Shown: positions 40,387 to 53,222, counted from the first letter of the stretch. The stretch: 64,000 nucleotides of DNA from Octopus vulgaris (GCA_951406725.2 OX597831.1:9672001-9736000); one strand, 5' to 3'. Translations and numbers: made by a program. Notes: generated from the sequence alone by a model not told the origin.

Positions 40387-41118
40387 TGAACAAATAAATG
40401 AATTTTTCTGACCTTCATTGATGATGATGATGGTAATGACAGAGGCGCAATGCCCTTTGTCTTGAAGGGGACAAGCCAGTCGATATACTTGATTCCTGAA
40501 TAAGACTGGTAATTTTATTTTAGGAAAACTGAAATAGTGAAGGACAAATTTGGTTTCGGCGAGATTAGAGGATCCAGAAGAAATACTGCAAATTGCTTTT
40601 GTCCTACGCTCTGTCAGCAGCTAGGGGGGCACAGTCGATTATATAAAGGGAGCACTCGAATATATTAACTCTTGACTAGAAATCTTATTTTATTGAGTGT
40701 TGTTGACAGGAAATATTGAATATGCATTCTTTTGTTTATGTCGAGTCAAAGAAATACATGTACAAACTGGGGAGGCATTAATCCATCAACTGATTCTAAA
40801 CAATCTCTTATCTCTTCGGGGTTTTTTATGTAAGAATTGGGACCATTCCTATTGTGGATTCTACAACGTTTTCTCACTAAACATCTAAAGGTATACACAT
40901 GTACTAGCGATAGCAGTTGATAGGCAGAGATAAGACTGGATAGAAGTCGATAGATCGTATTTGATAATAAGGACCCTCAAGGATGAGGTGACGAGAGGAA
41001 CGAGATACACGGAGGAATAATTTCACATGAGACTCTTGCTGAACAGGAGCCAACACGGAATGTTGGATACGAAGACTGTAGAACTTAATAACAAGATAGT
41101 GACAGGAATGATAGTTGT

Positions 41119-41563
41119 GTGATGATCATGATGATAATGCTGACGGTGATAGCGATGATGACAATGATGACGATGATGATTAAGATGATGATGATTGTGA
41201 TGATGATGATGTTGATGGCTAGGATGACAATGATGACGACGATGATTATGATGATGATGATGGCGATGATGATGATGGCGATGATGATGATGGCGATGAT
41301 AATGGTGATGATGATAATGGCGATGATGACGATGATGATTATGATGATGGCGATGATGATAATGCTGATGCTCATGCTGATGCTGATGATAATGGCGATG
41401 ATGACGATGATATCGTTGATCATGAAGACGACGACGACGACGATGATGATGATGATAGTGATGATGAAGATAACGACGATGATATTGATGATGATGATGA
41501 CGACGATGATGATGATGATGATAATGATGATAATAGCGATGATGATGATGATGATGGTGATGA
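41119..41563. repeat. Degenerate (GAT)n tract
   Basis: Directly visible; source of the poly-M/H/D pseudo-ORFs. Confidence 0.95.
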
Positions 41564-41912
41564 AGTACGTTACATAAAAATCGAAAGCCGAACATCCCTC
41601 CCTGGTGACAACGAATACGAGCGTTACATAGGCATTCAGAGTTCCTGACTGAAATAAAAAAAAAAAACATATCGAGTGAACTACTCAACGAGTTGAGACG
41701 ATGTGAAGAATGAAGGTTATTGCTCAAGCGCACAGTGAAACTCTTTATTAAATGGAAGCTGAACACAACAAACTGTTGAAGCAATGAAGTAACAAAGTTG
41801 GTGGTTTTAATTGATTTCATCGTAAATGTGTCTGTGTGTCTGTGAGGTTGGGTGGAATCAGTTGTGACCTCTATTCTTCTGTTAATATATGCGCTTATAG
41901 GGGCATCTGTGC

Positions 41913-41943
<31 letters not shown>

Positions 41944-41969
41944 CATGGCTCAGTGGTTAGAGCGTCAAA

Positions 41970-42019
<50 letters not shown>

Positions 42020-42227
42020 TACATATATATACATATATATATATATATATATGCATACATATATATATATATATATATACATATATACATATATATATAC
42101 ATATATATACATCTTCTTTCCTGAGCGTCCAATAACACTATACTTGTTCCACGTCCTCGCGTTGTGTTTCCTCTTTGTGTTTTCATATTTGGATGAACTT
42201 TATATATATATATATATATATATAAAT

Positions 42228-42289
<62 letters not shown>

Positions 42290-42300
42290 CACATATCTAT

Positions 42301-42335
<35 letters not shown>

Positions 42336-42351
42336 ATATATATATATATAC

Positions 42352-42404
<53 letters not shown>

Positions 42405-43167
42405 TATAGAGATAGATACGGAAAGATTTATGTAAAGATATGTATGTGTGTGCCTCTGTGTGTGTTTGTGTGTGTGATTTTAGTAGGGGCCTACTTTATC
42501 AAGCTATCGTAAATCTTGTTTGCTAGTCTGTGTGTGTGTGTGTGACTGAGATTGTATTATATTCGTCTGCTTCTCAGTCTAAATCGGAAGCCAACAATCT
42601 TTATCATGTATTGTGTCAACATCAGCAACCTTTACAAAGCAGACATGTCAAACGTTGATTAATCCACTTTACAATTCCTAGTTTTACCTATCACTGAATA
42701 CTTTCATAACTATTTTATTTATTTTTCTTTTGTTATAAATCATTTTTCTTTTCATCGCGATATTTTTTTTTCCTTAATATTCTCCTTTCGCTTAGCTTTC
42801 TCCATATCATTTAACTCTTTTGATTATTTCAGAAATGTAATGTCAGTTTTAGTTATATATTCCATACAATATTTACCATTGAACTATATAGATTATTATC
42901 GTTCTCTGACAGCTTCACATCGTGTTACACTGAAATGGAATCCATGAAGTCAGTATAAGTATTACCAAAATCTTTTACTACCGCCTGAAATTGTTGGAGA
43001 GAAAATTATCAAGAATAAAGTAACAAGAAGAAAAAAAAGAAATTGAAGACTGAAATACGTATTGATTACGTAATCCTAGGAAAGAATTTATTTTCAGCAA
43101 TTATAAAGACAAATTTTTGGTACATGATGGACGATTTTATATTAAGTCAATATTAGGATTTTTACTG

Positions 43168-43600
43168 AGGGTGCGAACTTACAGAATCCTTAGCACGTAG
43201 AGGAAATTGTTCAGCAACATTTCTTCCGACTTAACGTCGAGAGTTCGAATGACACCGAGTTCGACTTTGCATTTCATTCTTTCGATGTTGATTAGGTAAC
43301 GGTTGACAACAGTTGAAAACTGAGGGTGGGGATCGATGTAATCGACTTCCGTCATCACCGGAAACTGCTGGCCTTGTATTAAAATTTGAAACCAATTAGG
43401 ATTCTAATTAAGGAGGTTGGCTGGAAGAATCGTTTAGCACGCCGGGCAAAATGCTTAGCGGCATTTCTTTGTTGAAATGTCACCGGGGTTCACCTTGTCT
43501 TTCATTCTTTCGGGATCGATAAAATAAGTTGGTCTGGGGTAGATGTAATGGTTTTAACCCCTGCTACCCCTGTGCCGACTGTTGAAACGAATATTATGAT
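43168..43600 (+). mobile_element. Two diverged SINE family B copies
   Basis: GAGTTCGAATGACACCGAGTTCGACTTTGC and CACGCCGGGCAAAATGCTTAGCGG motifs. Confidence 0.7.
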
Positions 43601-44195
43601 TTTCAGTACTTGAAGATATTGACACAGGTGTTTAGAGCTCATGTAAAGATTTGAAACAGAAAAAGCTGAATGAGAAATGGAGATGAACTTCGAAGTGAGG
43701 AACAGAACATTAAGAGAGGTTACAGAAGGATTACGACTAAAAGAAAAGAGGACAATATGCAAGAAAGAACGACAACTTTGCGGTGCAAAGCAGGAATATA
43801 AGAAAAGGTAAGGAATTAGTAAAAATGAAATGGAGGATAGAAAACGAAATATATGATAGATTAAACTTTTAGCCTGAAGAGATTATTGATAGAATATTTA
43901 ATGCTGTGATCTTGTAGACTAAAATGAAAGGAGAAAGAAGCAACAATTGTCGAAACTATATGTGTTAATTTTCAAATTAATCATAGAGTCATTATAGAAA
44001 GAAGATTTTAGAGATATAAAGAAGAAACAACAAGATTGCAGACTTTGAATATTTCTTATTGCGGATCTCACCGATCCTCCACAGGGCACAGGTGCTTCAT
44101 AAGGAATATTCTAATATCGTAACTGAATAGTTTTCTTCAAGTATAATAATTCCAGTCTTTGGCAAAATCTAAACATGTTATTTTAACTCTTATAT

Positions 44196-44228
<33 letters not shown>

Positions 44229-44977
44229 CATACAAAAAGCGGCAAAAGTTAAAATATTTTTTACTGACTTTTTAAAAATAATAGCTTCGTATTTTCCGTC
44301 GGAGGGAAGACTTAAATTCCATGAAGCAATCATATCAAAACCCTTTTAAAGCAATGGATTAAATTAATGAGTAATTCATAAATATCGTGTTACAAAATTG
44401 GTTATATTGTTACCTATAATTATTTTACTTTTACGTCTGTTTTTGTGAAGAGTTACCGATTTTCACACATTGCAATCTAATAACCGTTGCAAGCTCTACT
44501 GCGATCTGGGGAAGGTTGGGATAAGATCACATAAATATCGACATTTTATTCCATTTAATCAATTCAGAAGACAAAAATGTAAATCAAAATAAAATCTCTC
44601 CAAATATGTGGAGAAATAATTCAATATTTCCGATTAACCCTTCAAAAACGGTAGGTATTCGGGACGATGGAACAGTATACTATAATATACTTTGAAAAAG
44701 AAGAATTTAAATGAATTTGTTTTTAACTTATTCCATTCCAGATTCCATTTATTCCATTCCATATATCCAAATATTTATTAACTATTAAAGTATGTAAATA
44801 GTATCTTTCTATGTAAATAGTATTTCAAATTATATAAACTTATGTCATTACATATAACGTTGATGTTTTACACAAGCGAAATCATATGATGCGTGTATAC
44901 ACCTACCCTCGCATACACAAACACACAGCAAAACACGCATATATATATATAATAATTGCAAATCTATTTGCAAATCT

Positions 44978-45038
<61 letters not shown>

Positions 45039-45085
45039 TAATTATATATATATGTATGTATATGTATATATATATATATAAATAC

Positions 45086-45118
<33 letters not shown>

Positions 45119-45859
45119 TATATATATACACACACATATATATATATATATATACATAGAGGAACAGGGAGAAGAAAAATCAACGCAGGACGCGTATAGG
45201 TATATATATATGTGTGGGTATGTGTGTGTGTGTGTGTGTGTGTATAGGTGTTTATATATGTATTTGTATGCAATCATCCTTATGAATGCAAGGGTGCGTG
45301 CGGGTATATATATATTTCTTTAATTCTACTAATAATATGCCTGTGCGTGCGTACGTGTGTGAGTGTGTGTATGCCTGTGTATGTAAAAGAGTATTACACT
45401 TACTTCAGGGACGATCAATAAACACAAACAAAAAGTTCAAAGAGGAATATAGTAATAGTCTTTCATATTTGTATATATTCAAATACTGTATTTATGTCCT
45501 CCACTTATAAATTACATATAAAAAGTGGCTTGCAAAATTTCATCGGCATCGTGTGTGTTTGTGTTCGTCTATATGTACTTATGTCACACACAGAGACACT
45601 CACACAGACATACTCTCATTTATAATTCCAAAATCACATACATCATAATCTCTGAAACAATTTAAATATTTAAATTTGGGAACGGATGACTATGTAGCTG
45701 TATCCAAATTATTCCAACGCTTTCTTTCTCTGTGCTAGGTATGCAGTAAATGAGAGGCAAATTGGAAATATATAAAATGAGTGGTACCTGTAATTAAAAG
45801 GGCCAACCTCGTCACACATATATCCCTGAGACCTTGGTTAAAGGTACTTGTCTCTTGGA

Positions 45860-45987
45860 AGGCGGCGAGCTGGCAGAAACGTTAGCACCCCGGGCGAATT
45901 GCTTAGCAGTATTTCGTCTGCCGCTACGTTCTGAATCCTTGTTTGTGCCCTCTGTGGTTAGCCCCTTGTGAGTAATAAAGAAATAGA
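45860..45987 (+). mobile_element. Internally deleted SINE family B with TSD
   Basis: Head joined directly to tail; flanking direct repeat TACTTGTCTCT. Confidence 0.8.
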
Positions 45988-46432
45988 TACTTGTCTCTGG
46001 AGTCCTCACATAACGAGCAGGCTCTTCCGCTGATCGGATCACCTGGGACCATCGTCTTCTTAACCAACGCAGTGCCAATAATATAATACATGGAAGACCT
46101 CACGGCTATAAGACAGAATTAAGACAAGGCATATGCAAAAATAATGCCATCAAGAAAGAATGTCATCGTTTCGAACTCGGGAACAAAAGTAGAAAAGCAC
46201 AAACCAGGTTCTATGGTAAATGTTATGGCAAGGAGCTTAAAAACAGCTGAATTTATTGATTTTTAGCTTTACATGGATAATTACAAGGTTGGTATGTATT
46301 AGGTAACCATGGTCGCTCTTTGACTTTAGACATCATATTTAAGACACGTAAGACTAGTTATCCACTTCGAATCAGCCAGTATAAGCCCAGGCCAGGTCTA
46401 GCTTAATAGCACCACTTGATGAAATATTTTAG

Positions 46433-46558
46433 TCATATATGGAGCACCATGGCCCATTCTAGCAAAGAGTTGTTATTCTTAGTGACATATCCGGGTGTAG
46501 GATGTTGGTCCGGCATTTCTTGAAGAAATTTGTCCAGTGAACTTTTGAATCTTATTGG
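46433..46558 (-). mobile_element. CR1-clade LINE 3' end
   Basis: FKSSLDKFLQEMPDQHPTPGYVTKNNNSLLEW* matches the CR1 ORF2 C-terminal motif FK..LD.FL...PD.P..PGY.....NSL..W. Confidence 0.75.
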
Positions 46559-46570
46559 TATTTTTCGATG

Positions 46571-46756
46571 TTATTATTATTATCATCTTTATTATTATTA
46601 TCATCTTTATTATTATTATCATTATTATTATTATTATCATCTTTATTATTATTATCATTAATATTATTATTATCATTATTATTATTATCATTATTATTAT
46701 TATTATCATAATCATTATCATTATTATCATTATTATTATTATCATTATTATTATTA

Positions 46757-46824
<68 letters not shown>
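46571..46824. repeat. (ATT/ATC)n microsatellite
   Basis: Directly visible. Confidence 0.97.
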
Positions 46825-46828
<4 letters not shown>

Positions 46829-46917
46829 TCACTGCTTGGAATTGAACTCGGTATCTTGGGGTTAGTAGCCCGCGCTCTTAACCATTACGCCATATTGTAA
46901 CCACGGGCATATGGCGT
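46825..46917 (-). mobile_element. Short tRNA-derived retroposon with (AAT)n tail and a small inverted head duplication
   Basis: TGGCGTAATGGTTAAGAGCG...GAGTTCAATTCC (A and B boxes), acceptor stem absent; ACGCCATAT/ATATGGCGT inverted. Confidence 0.65.
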
Positions 46918-47066
46918 GCTGAAGAATATGTTTGAGTATTTCCCAACATACGAAACTATTAGTAGCGCTTAACTTCATTTATTTTGTCCTTTAAATAAAC
47001 GACGTTTAGCTCTCAACAGATGAAGTACATTCTTGTGTTGAATTTTATAATTTTTTATTGCATAAC

Positions 47067-47115
<49 letters not shown>

Positions 47116-47256
47116 ACGACCTCGAACCCACAAGAGTAAACAAGAGAGACAGAGACAGGCAGAAACACGGAAAATGCCACTTGTATTTGAACACTATACA
47201 AATATTCTTTTAAAAAAAACTTTCTTTTAATTTTTCTAAATTTAATTATTTAATTG

Positions 47257-47300
47257 TTACAGTTGAAAAAGTCTCAAAATGACTGAAACCGGTACTGAAA
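47257..47300 (+). ncRNA. Minimal hammerhead, U3-A8 variant, within a TA-bounded pLTR-like segment (47113-47350)
   Basis: UUACAG-UUGAAAA-AGUC(UCAAAAU)GACU-GAAAC-CG-GUA-CUGAAA; palindromic ACCGGU. Confidence 0.7.
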
Positions 47301-47372
47301 GGTTTTCCATAAAATTATTTTACCATTTTCTATCTTGACTTTTTTTCCATACATATATACATATATATATAT

Positions 47373-47993
47373 ATAGGTAAATATTTCCTAGCACTGATAG
47401 ATAGACATTTTCCAGTTAACCATGCTTATAGGAAACTCTTCAATAGACACAATTTAACAATTAGTTTTAGTTCAACTACCAATTTTAAAAACATAATCAA
47501 TCATAACATACAAAAAACACAAGAAGAAAACAGCTGTTCATGCAGGAATAAAGAATTGTGCCCGCTAAATGGAGCTTGCATGTCCAAGACCATCATATAT
47601 GAAGCTACTGTAAACTCTATAACCACTAAAGACACCGTTTCGACGAAGAAATACGTGGGCCTGACAGAGGGTAATTTCAAGGCCAGGTTCAATAACCACA
47701 CTTTGAGCTTTAGGCACTGGAACAAAAGAAAAGCGACACAATTATCCAATCATATTTGGTCTTTAAGAGATAAAGGTGTCGTATATAACATACAATGGAA
47801 GATTTTGGTCAGATGTAAGCCCTATACTAACGGCAGCGGAAGGTGCGGTTTATGCGACATGGAGAGATGGCTTATCAGGAAAGGCAGCTTAGACCCTACC
47901 ACATGTCTAAATACAAGGACAGAGCTTTTCGGATCATGCCCACATGTGACTAAATTTCTGTTACGTTTTTGGTCCCCTAAAGAAAACGGATAG
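47373..47993 (+). CDS. Penelope-like element ORF, 5'-truncated: RT thumb, CxCx5C linker and GIY-YIG endonuclease
   Basis: Stop-free frame of about 206 codons: GKYFLALIDRHFP..YRKLFNRHN, CSCRNKELCPLNGAC, IIYEATV..KYVGLTEGNFKARFNNH, TQLSNHIW, CGLCDMER, LNTRTE..CPH. Confidence 0.9.
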   Translation: MGKYFLALIDRHFPVNHAYRKLFNRHNLTISFSSTTNFKNIINHNIQKTQEENSCSCRNKELCPLNGACMSKTIIYEATVNSITTKDTVSTKKYVGLTEGNFKARFNNHTLSFRHWNKRKATQLSNHIWSLRDKGVVYNIQWKILVRCKPYTNGSGRCGLCDMERWLIRKGSLDPTTCLNTRTELFGSCPHVTKFLLRFWSPKENG

Positions 47994-48184
47994 AACATGC
48001 TTTCTGTGTTATGTCCCAAGAAGATTTTATATATTTTTATATATTTTTATATATTTTTATGTATTTTTTTATACAATTTTTATGACGAAAAATGCGAGCG
48101 ATGTATAAGTACGCAGGCAAAGCAGAGTTATAACAGAGTAATTTCCCTTCATTTTTAACGGTATTTTTTCATAACGTTTTCAAA

Positions 48185-48258
48185 TAGCCAGACAACCGAA
48201 GAGATGGTGTTGTGGATTTCCACTTCGGCATCTGAAACTCAGAGTTTTATCTTGACTA
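48185..48258 (+). ncRNA. Hammerhead variant in the PLE pLTR
   Basis: UAGCCAGACAA-CCGAAGA-GAUG...CAUC-U-GAAAC-UCAGA-GUU-UUAUCUUGACUA; the sister copy at 50406 has CUGAAGA. Confidence 0.7.
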
Positions 48259-48348
48259 CCGAGTAATGTAACATATTGTATAGATAAATTTCCTCTATTT
48301 ACATAATATTGAGGTCTCTTTCTTTCTTTTGTTATCTTACCGTTTTAT

Positions 48349-48424
<76 letters not shown>

Positions 48425-48533
48425 CTAACTGAATAATTTGGTGTGAACAAGGAAGAGTACAGTGGATCATTTAGTTGTAATCACTACAATTGTTTCCACG
48501 CAACTCTTTAAACAGTATAAACTATACACGAAA

Positions 48534-48575
<42 letters not shown>

Positions 48576-48651
48576 TCACACACACACACACACGCAGACA
48601 TACATTATTTTGCGGGTTACTCGCGAGAACTAAACATATATTTGTATGTCA

Positions 48652-48878
48652 GGCCGCGAGCTGGCAGAAACGTTAGCACACCGAGCGAAATGCGTAGCCG
48701 TGTTTCGTCCGTCGTTACGATCTGAGTTCAAATTCCGCTGAGGTCGACTTTGCCTTTCATCCTTTCGGGGTCGATTAATAAAGTACCAGTTACGCAATGG
48801 AGTCGATGTAATCGACTTAATCCCTTTGTCTGTACCTCTTTGTCCTCTATGTTTAGCCCCTTGTGGGCAATAAAGAAA
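48652..48878 (+). mobile_element. SINE family B with TSD
   Basis: Full head, body and tail; flanking direct repeat ATATATTTGTATGT. Confidence 0.88.
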
Positions 48879-49847
48879 TATATTTGTATGTATGTGCGTT
48901 TATGCATTAGGACACACATACACATACTCAGATATCCTTGAATAATTGTGAAATTTAGTCAGATTTTGAACCTGTTAACATCCGATTGTTTGCATGCGAC
49001 TCTCACTCTATAATATTTAGCCCGAGATACACTTAATTCTTACTGTTTCCACAGCCTTCACTACTTCTATTTCGATCCTTCCAAATACAGCAAAGTCCCG
49101 AAAACTTGGTGTTTCTTTCTCATAAGCTTCGAAAGACTTGGTATTTGTTTATTTTCTTATTCTGTTTCCTTTTTCCTTCCTTTAGGAACGTAAGATGTCT
49201 GAAATAGTTTTCCCTGTACATATAAACTTACTTTCAAATTTCTTATACTTTGGATGTAATGTTCTCCACACATTACAGATCATTAAAATATTTTGATATT
49301 TGAATCTTTTTTTCTCACCAATTTCAATGGAATTCAGAATATCATTACATCAAAGACTGATCTATATTATTCTTCTATTTAATATCTTTTCTTACAAACG
49401 GAACATTTCCATAGATTTCCCAATACTCACTTAGTTTAATGTTAAACATTACATCCTTTTTATTTCTTAATTTAAGCACGTCCTCTATAAAAGTCTTATT
49501 TAACTTTCTTATATCTTCAGCTTCTTTGAAGGAATTGGCTAATTTTATTCAGTTTATATCCATAGTGGCAATTTGTGGCTTATGTATTACGCAGCCATGG
49601 TCGCTTCTTGCCTAGATATACTTTCGTCTCTTCACTATAACATTTAATATAAAACGGTTTCTAAATAAGCACTCAGTCGAATTAGTAACTCAAGACGAAA
49701 CTCCTACGAAATTTATTGTTGATTTCGATCTTTCAAGTCCTACTTGACATGTTACCTTTATTTTCCTAAAAACTTTTTTATGGGAAAACAAGATGTTTTC
49801 TGATATATACATACGTGTATGCGTACATACATGTGTATATGCATATA

Positions 49848-49988
<141 letters not shown>

Positions 49989-50031
49989 TTTCTAAATCTC
50001 TCATAGAGATATGTACGGTGGTGGGGCGAAG

Positions 50032-50259
50032 GAGTGGTTGTATACTGTAAACTTAACGTGACAGTAAGGGAATTACACCACCGCTGTTTAGCCCTAGGAA
50101 GCAAGACGCTTCCTGTCGGCTTCGAAACATTTCCTGCCCCTTCGTAAATATATAAAGACACAGGAAATGTGTCGAAGCCGACAGGAAGCCTCGATGCTTC
50201 CTAGGGCTAAACAGCGGTGGTCTAATCCCCTACTGGCAAGTTAAGTTGACAGTATACAA

Positions 50260-50265
<6 letters not shown>
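50032..50265. repeat. Fold-back: ~105-bp arms (50032-50136, 50161-50265), 24-bp spacer
   Basis: CCACCGCTGTTTAGCCCTAGGAAGCA / TGCTTCCTAGGGCTAAACAGCGGTGG. Confidence 0.92.
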
Positions 50266-50325
<60 letters not shown>

Positions 50326-50330
<5 letters not shown>

Positions 50331-50567
50331 GTAAATGTAATATGTGACAATTATTCGGTAGCCAAGATAAAACACTGAGGTTCGGATGCCGAGGTGGAAA
50401 TCCACCTGAAGAGATGGTGGTGTGGATTTCCACCTCGGCATCTGAAACTCAGAGTTTTATCTTGGCTACCGAATAATTGTCACATATTACATTTACAGAT
50501 AAATTTCCTCTATTTACATAATATCGAGGTCTCTTTCTTTCTTTTGTTATCATACCGTTTTTACCAA
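50326..50567 (+). mobile_element. Solo PLE pLTR with a 5' inverted copy (arms 50326-50405 and 50422-50501); HHR core starts at 50406
   Basis: 50406-50567 closely matches 48196-48352; the left arm is its reverse complement. Confidence 0.88.
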
Positions 50568-50579
50568 TATATATATATT

Positions 50580-50594
<15 letters not shown>

Positions 50595-50622
<28 letters not shown>

Positions 50623-50687
50623 CTGTGTTTGTCTGTGTGTGTGTGTGTTTGTGTGTGTGTGTGAGTGTGTGTGTGTGTCTGTGTTTG

Positions 50688-50719
<32 letters not shown>

Positions 50720-50745
50720 AGTGTGTGTGTGTGTGTCTGTGTTTG

Positions 50746-50779
<34 letters not shown>

Positions 50780-50967
50780 AGTGTGTGTGTGTGTCTGTGT
50801 TTGTCTGTGTGTGTGTGTGTTTGTGTGTGTGTGTGAGTGTGTGTGTGTGTCTGTGTTTGTATGTGTATGTGTGTGTGTTTGTGTGTGTGTGTGTGAGTGT
50901 GTGTGTGTGTCTGTGTTTGTCTGTGTGTGTGTGTGTTTGTGTGTGTGTGTGAGTGTGTGTGTGTGTG
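50595..50967. repeat. (GT)n-derived higher-order minisatellite
   Basis: Recurring GTCTGTGTTTGT...GTGAGTGT pattern. Confidence 0.9.
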
Positions 50968-51294
50968 TTGTCTAGTGGCTAGGGCGAACTAGGTTGAACT
51001 CACGATTGCAAGTTCGGGGTTTCAATATTAGTTAGAGGAGCGTGTGGTGTGTTGTATCCTTGAGTCCAAAACCAATCAATCTGATGTTGTTCTGCGATCT
51101 CTTCGACGCGTGGCGAGTGGAATATCATTCACCATTTCGGAAAGAATCGATTTTGTGGAAGGGCGGAATTAATGTGCTGCAAATTATAGTCAAATCATTG
51201 TTGCTACTTGTTCAGCATGAATTTGTAGAACGGTCTTTTTTGGACTACGAGACACACCACGTGTGTGCGTGCGCGTATACACAATCACACACAC

Positions 51295-51343
<49 letters not shown>

Positions 51344-51384
51344 TATATATATATACATATACATATACATATTAGTTATGTAAA

Positions 51385-51560
51385 TACGAGGGGGTACTGA
51401 AAAGTTCCTGGCTTTAAGGGAATCGCGAAAGGCCTGACTTGAGGTGCTTCCGAATTCTTTTATAGGGCCTAGAAAAACGGAAGGATCGCTGCAATAAGTG
51501 TGTGAATCTTACAGGGGATGTAGCTGACCCACTGGTATTTTCTTTTACTTAAAGCCACGA
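51385..51560 (+). mobile_element. Mariner-derived MITE remnant
   Basis: TIR TACGAGGGGGTACTGAAAAGTTCCTGGCTTTA, transposase C-terminal echo (DRCNKCVNL.G), partial right TIR TAAAGCCA. Confidence 0.6.
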
Positions 51561-52674
51561 GCGATACCACCGCCGCCTCGAAAATAGGACTACACACACA
51601 ACACACACACATCAAATCTGCATGTTATTGGTTTCATTCTGCAGTTAAGAAAATGTTTGCACTGATTGATGGCTTCTTTGAAGTAGAAGAGCAGAAAGTA
51701 ATTTAACCCTCCTTCACTTACTGATCCAGAATTCATACATTTGATGTAAATATCTGTTATATTAATCAATGTATCTTTTAGCCGCTTTACAAATATATTG
51801 TCATTCAGCAGAGGGACGTCAGATTGCAGTTCTGATGGACTGGAATCGCACTGAATAAATATTCTAAAGGATTCACTTCTTCAGTTTTTCAGCATGTTTG
51901 TACGCATGATGCACGTAATTTTTATGAGCAATTAGTGTTATCTGCAACGGATTAAACACAATTTCTTCATTGATCAACAAAATATGTCCACATAATATCT
52001 ATCGGTATCTAAGTGGCAGCAATTTCGATTCCGATGGAAGTTAAAGTACCCACTTCTAGGATGTCTCCTTGTATCTAAACAATAACTATTTTGAATTGTT
52101 TAATATCAGGAGAAATATTTAATGCTAGGGTTTCGTGAACAAATGCGTGTACAGAGTGTAGTACCTTCATATAGAGAAAATATGGTATTTGTAGCTATCA
52201 TCTTGACACCAAGTACAATCCTTCTTTATACAAAGACATTTGACTGGTTTCTCGATGTTTCATTACCGTTCCATTATCGATAAAATCCCTATTATATAAA
52301 ATCGAAACCTCAACAGAAATAGTGATAACAGCAGATTCTACTCCATAACGAAATACGAGATGAGTGGCGGTCAGATGGGGGTAAATTTGGGATGCTTCGG
52401 GCAGCAACGCCTACTAAATAATAATAGCGAAGGGGGTATATGATGTGTTCAAAAGCGGTGAAACCACTTTTTTCCGAGTTGTTAGGTAGTGCTTAACAAT
52501 TACTAACAGCTAATGATTCTGTGCAGTTTCCGTCATGCGAATCTCAATGTAATGCGTGCTATGTCCATCATGGGAAATGCAGATGCAGCCTATAAGCAGA
52601 TGAGATTTTACACATCAACAGCAACAAATGACCTGATGAATAAAATAAGGAAGGACGCTCGTAAATGCAAATTA

Positions 52675-53222
52675 TACGAGGGTGAGTCAAAAAGTAATGC
52701 CATTTTGTTTAGGACAGTTATAATTATTACCAATTATCATACACGTATCATACATCAAAATGAAGCTGGCCCTCTGTGGATCACATCCCTACTTCTCAGC
52801 ATAGTCATCGTTTTTCTCAATAGCAATGTTCCACCTTCGAATATTAGCATGTATCCCTACTCCGTAAAATTCTGTTGGCTGTTCTTTCAGCCACTTCTTC
52901 ACTACATCCACACTCACCAGGTTTAACGCCTTCAGACTATCATCTCTTCGGCGCCACTGAAGAGGGTTTGGAAGGCAAACACTATTCCAGTGACGAGGAA
53001 GTGAAAACTGTAGTGAAGAAGTGGCTCAAAGAACAGTCAACAGAATTTTACGGGGCAGGGATACATGCTCTCATTCGAACTTTGCTATTGAGAGAAACGG
53101 TGACTATTTTGAGAAGTAGGGATGTGATCCAGAGAGAACCGGCTTCATTTTGATGTATGATACATGTTGGTAATTACACCTATCCTGAACAAAATGGCAT
53201 TACTTTTTGACTCACCGTCGTA
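52675..53222 (+). mobile_element. Mariner fold-back MITE built from two inverted 3' ends
   Basis: TIR TACGA(G/C)GGTGAGTCAAAAAGTAATGCCATTTTGTT with TA flanks; arms 52675-52906 and 53009-53222; centre encodes HSPGLTPSDYHLF (mariner YSPDLAPSDYHLF). Confidence 0.88.

Larger units (their letters stand above)
47373..48352 (+). mobile_element. 5'-truncated Penelope-like element with 3' pLTR, inserted in (TA)n
   Basis: ORF, AT-rich UTR, HHR-bearing terminal repeat, TA tracts on both sides. Confidence 0.85.
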
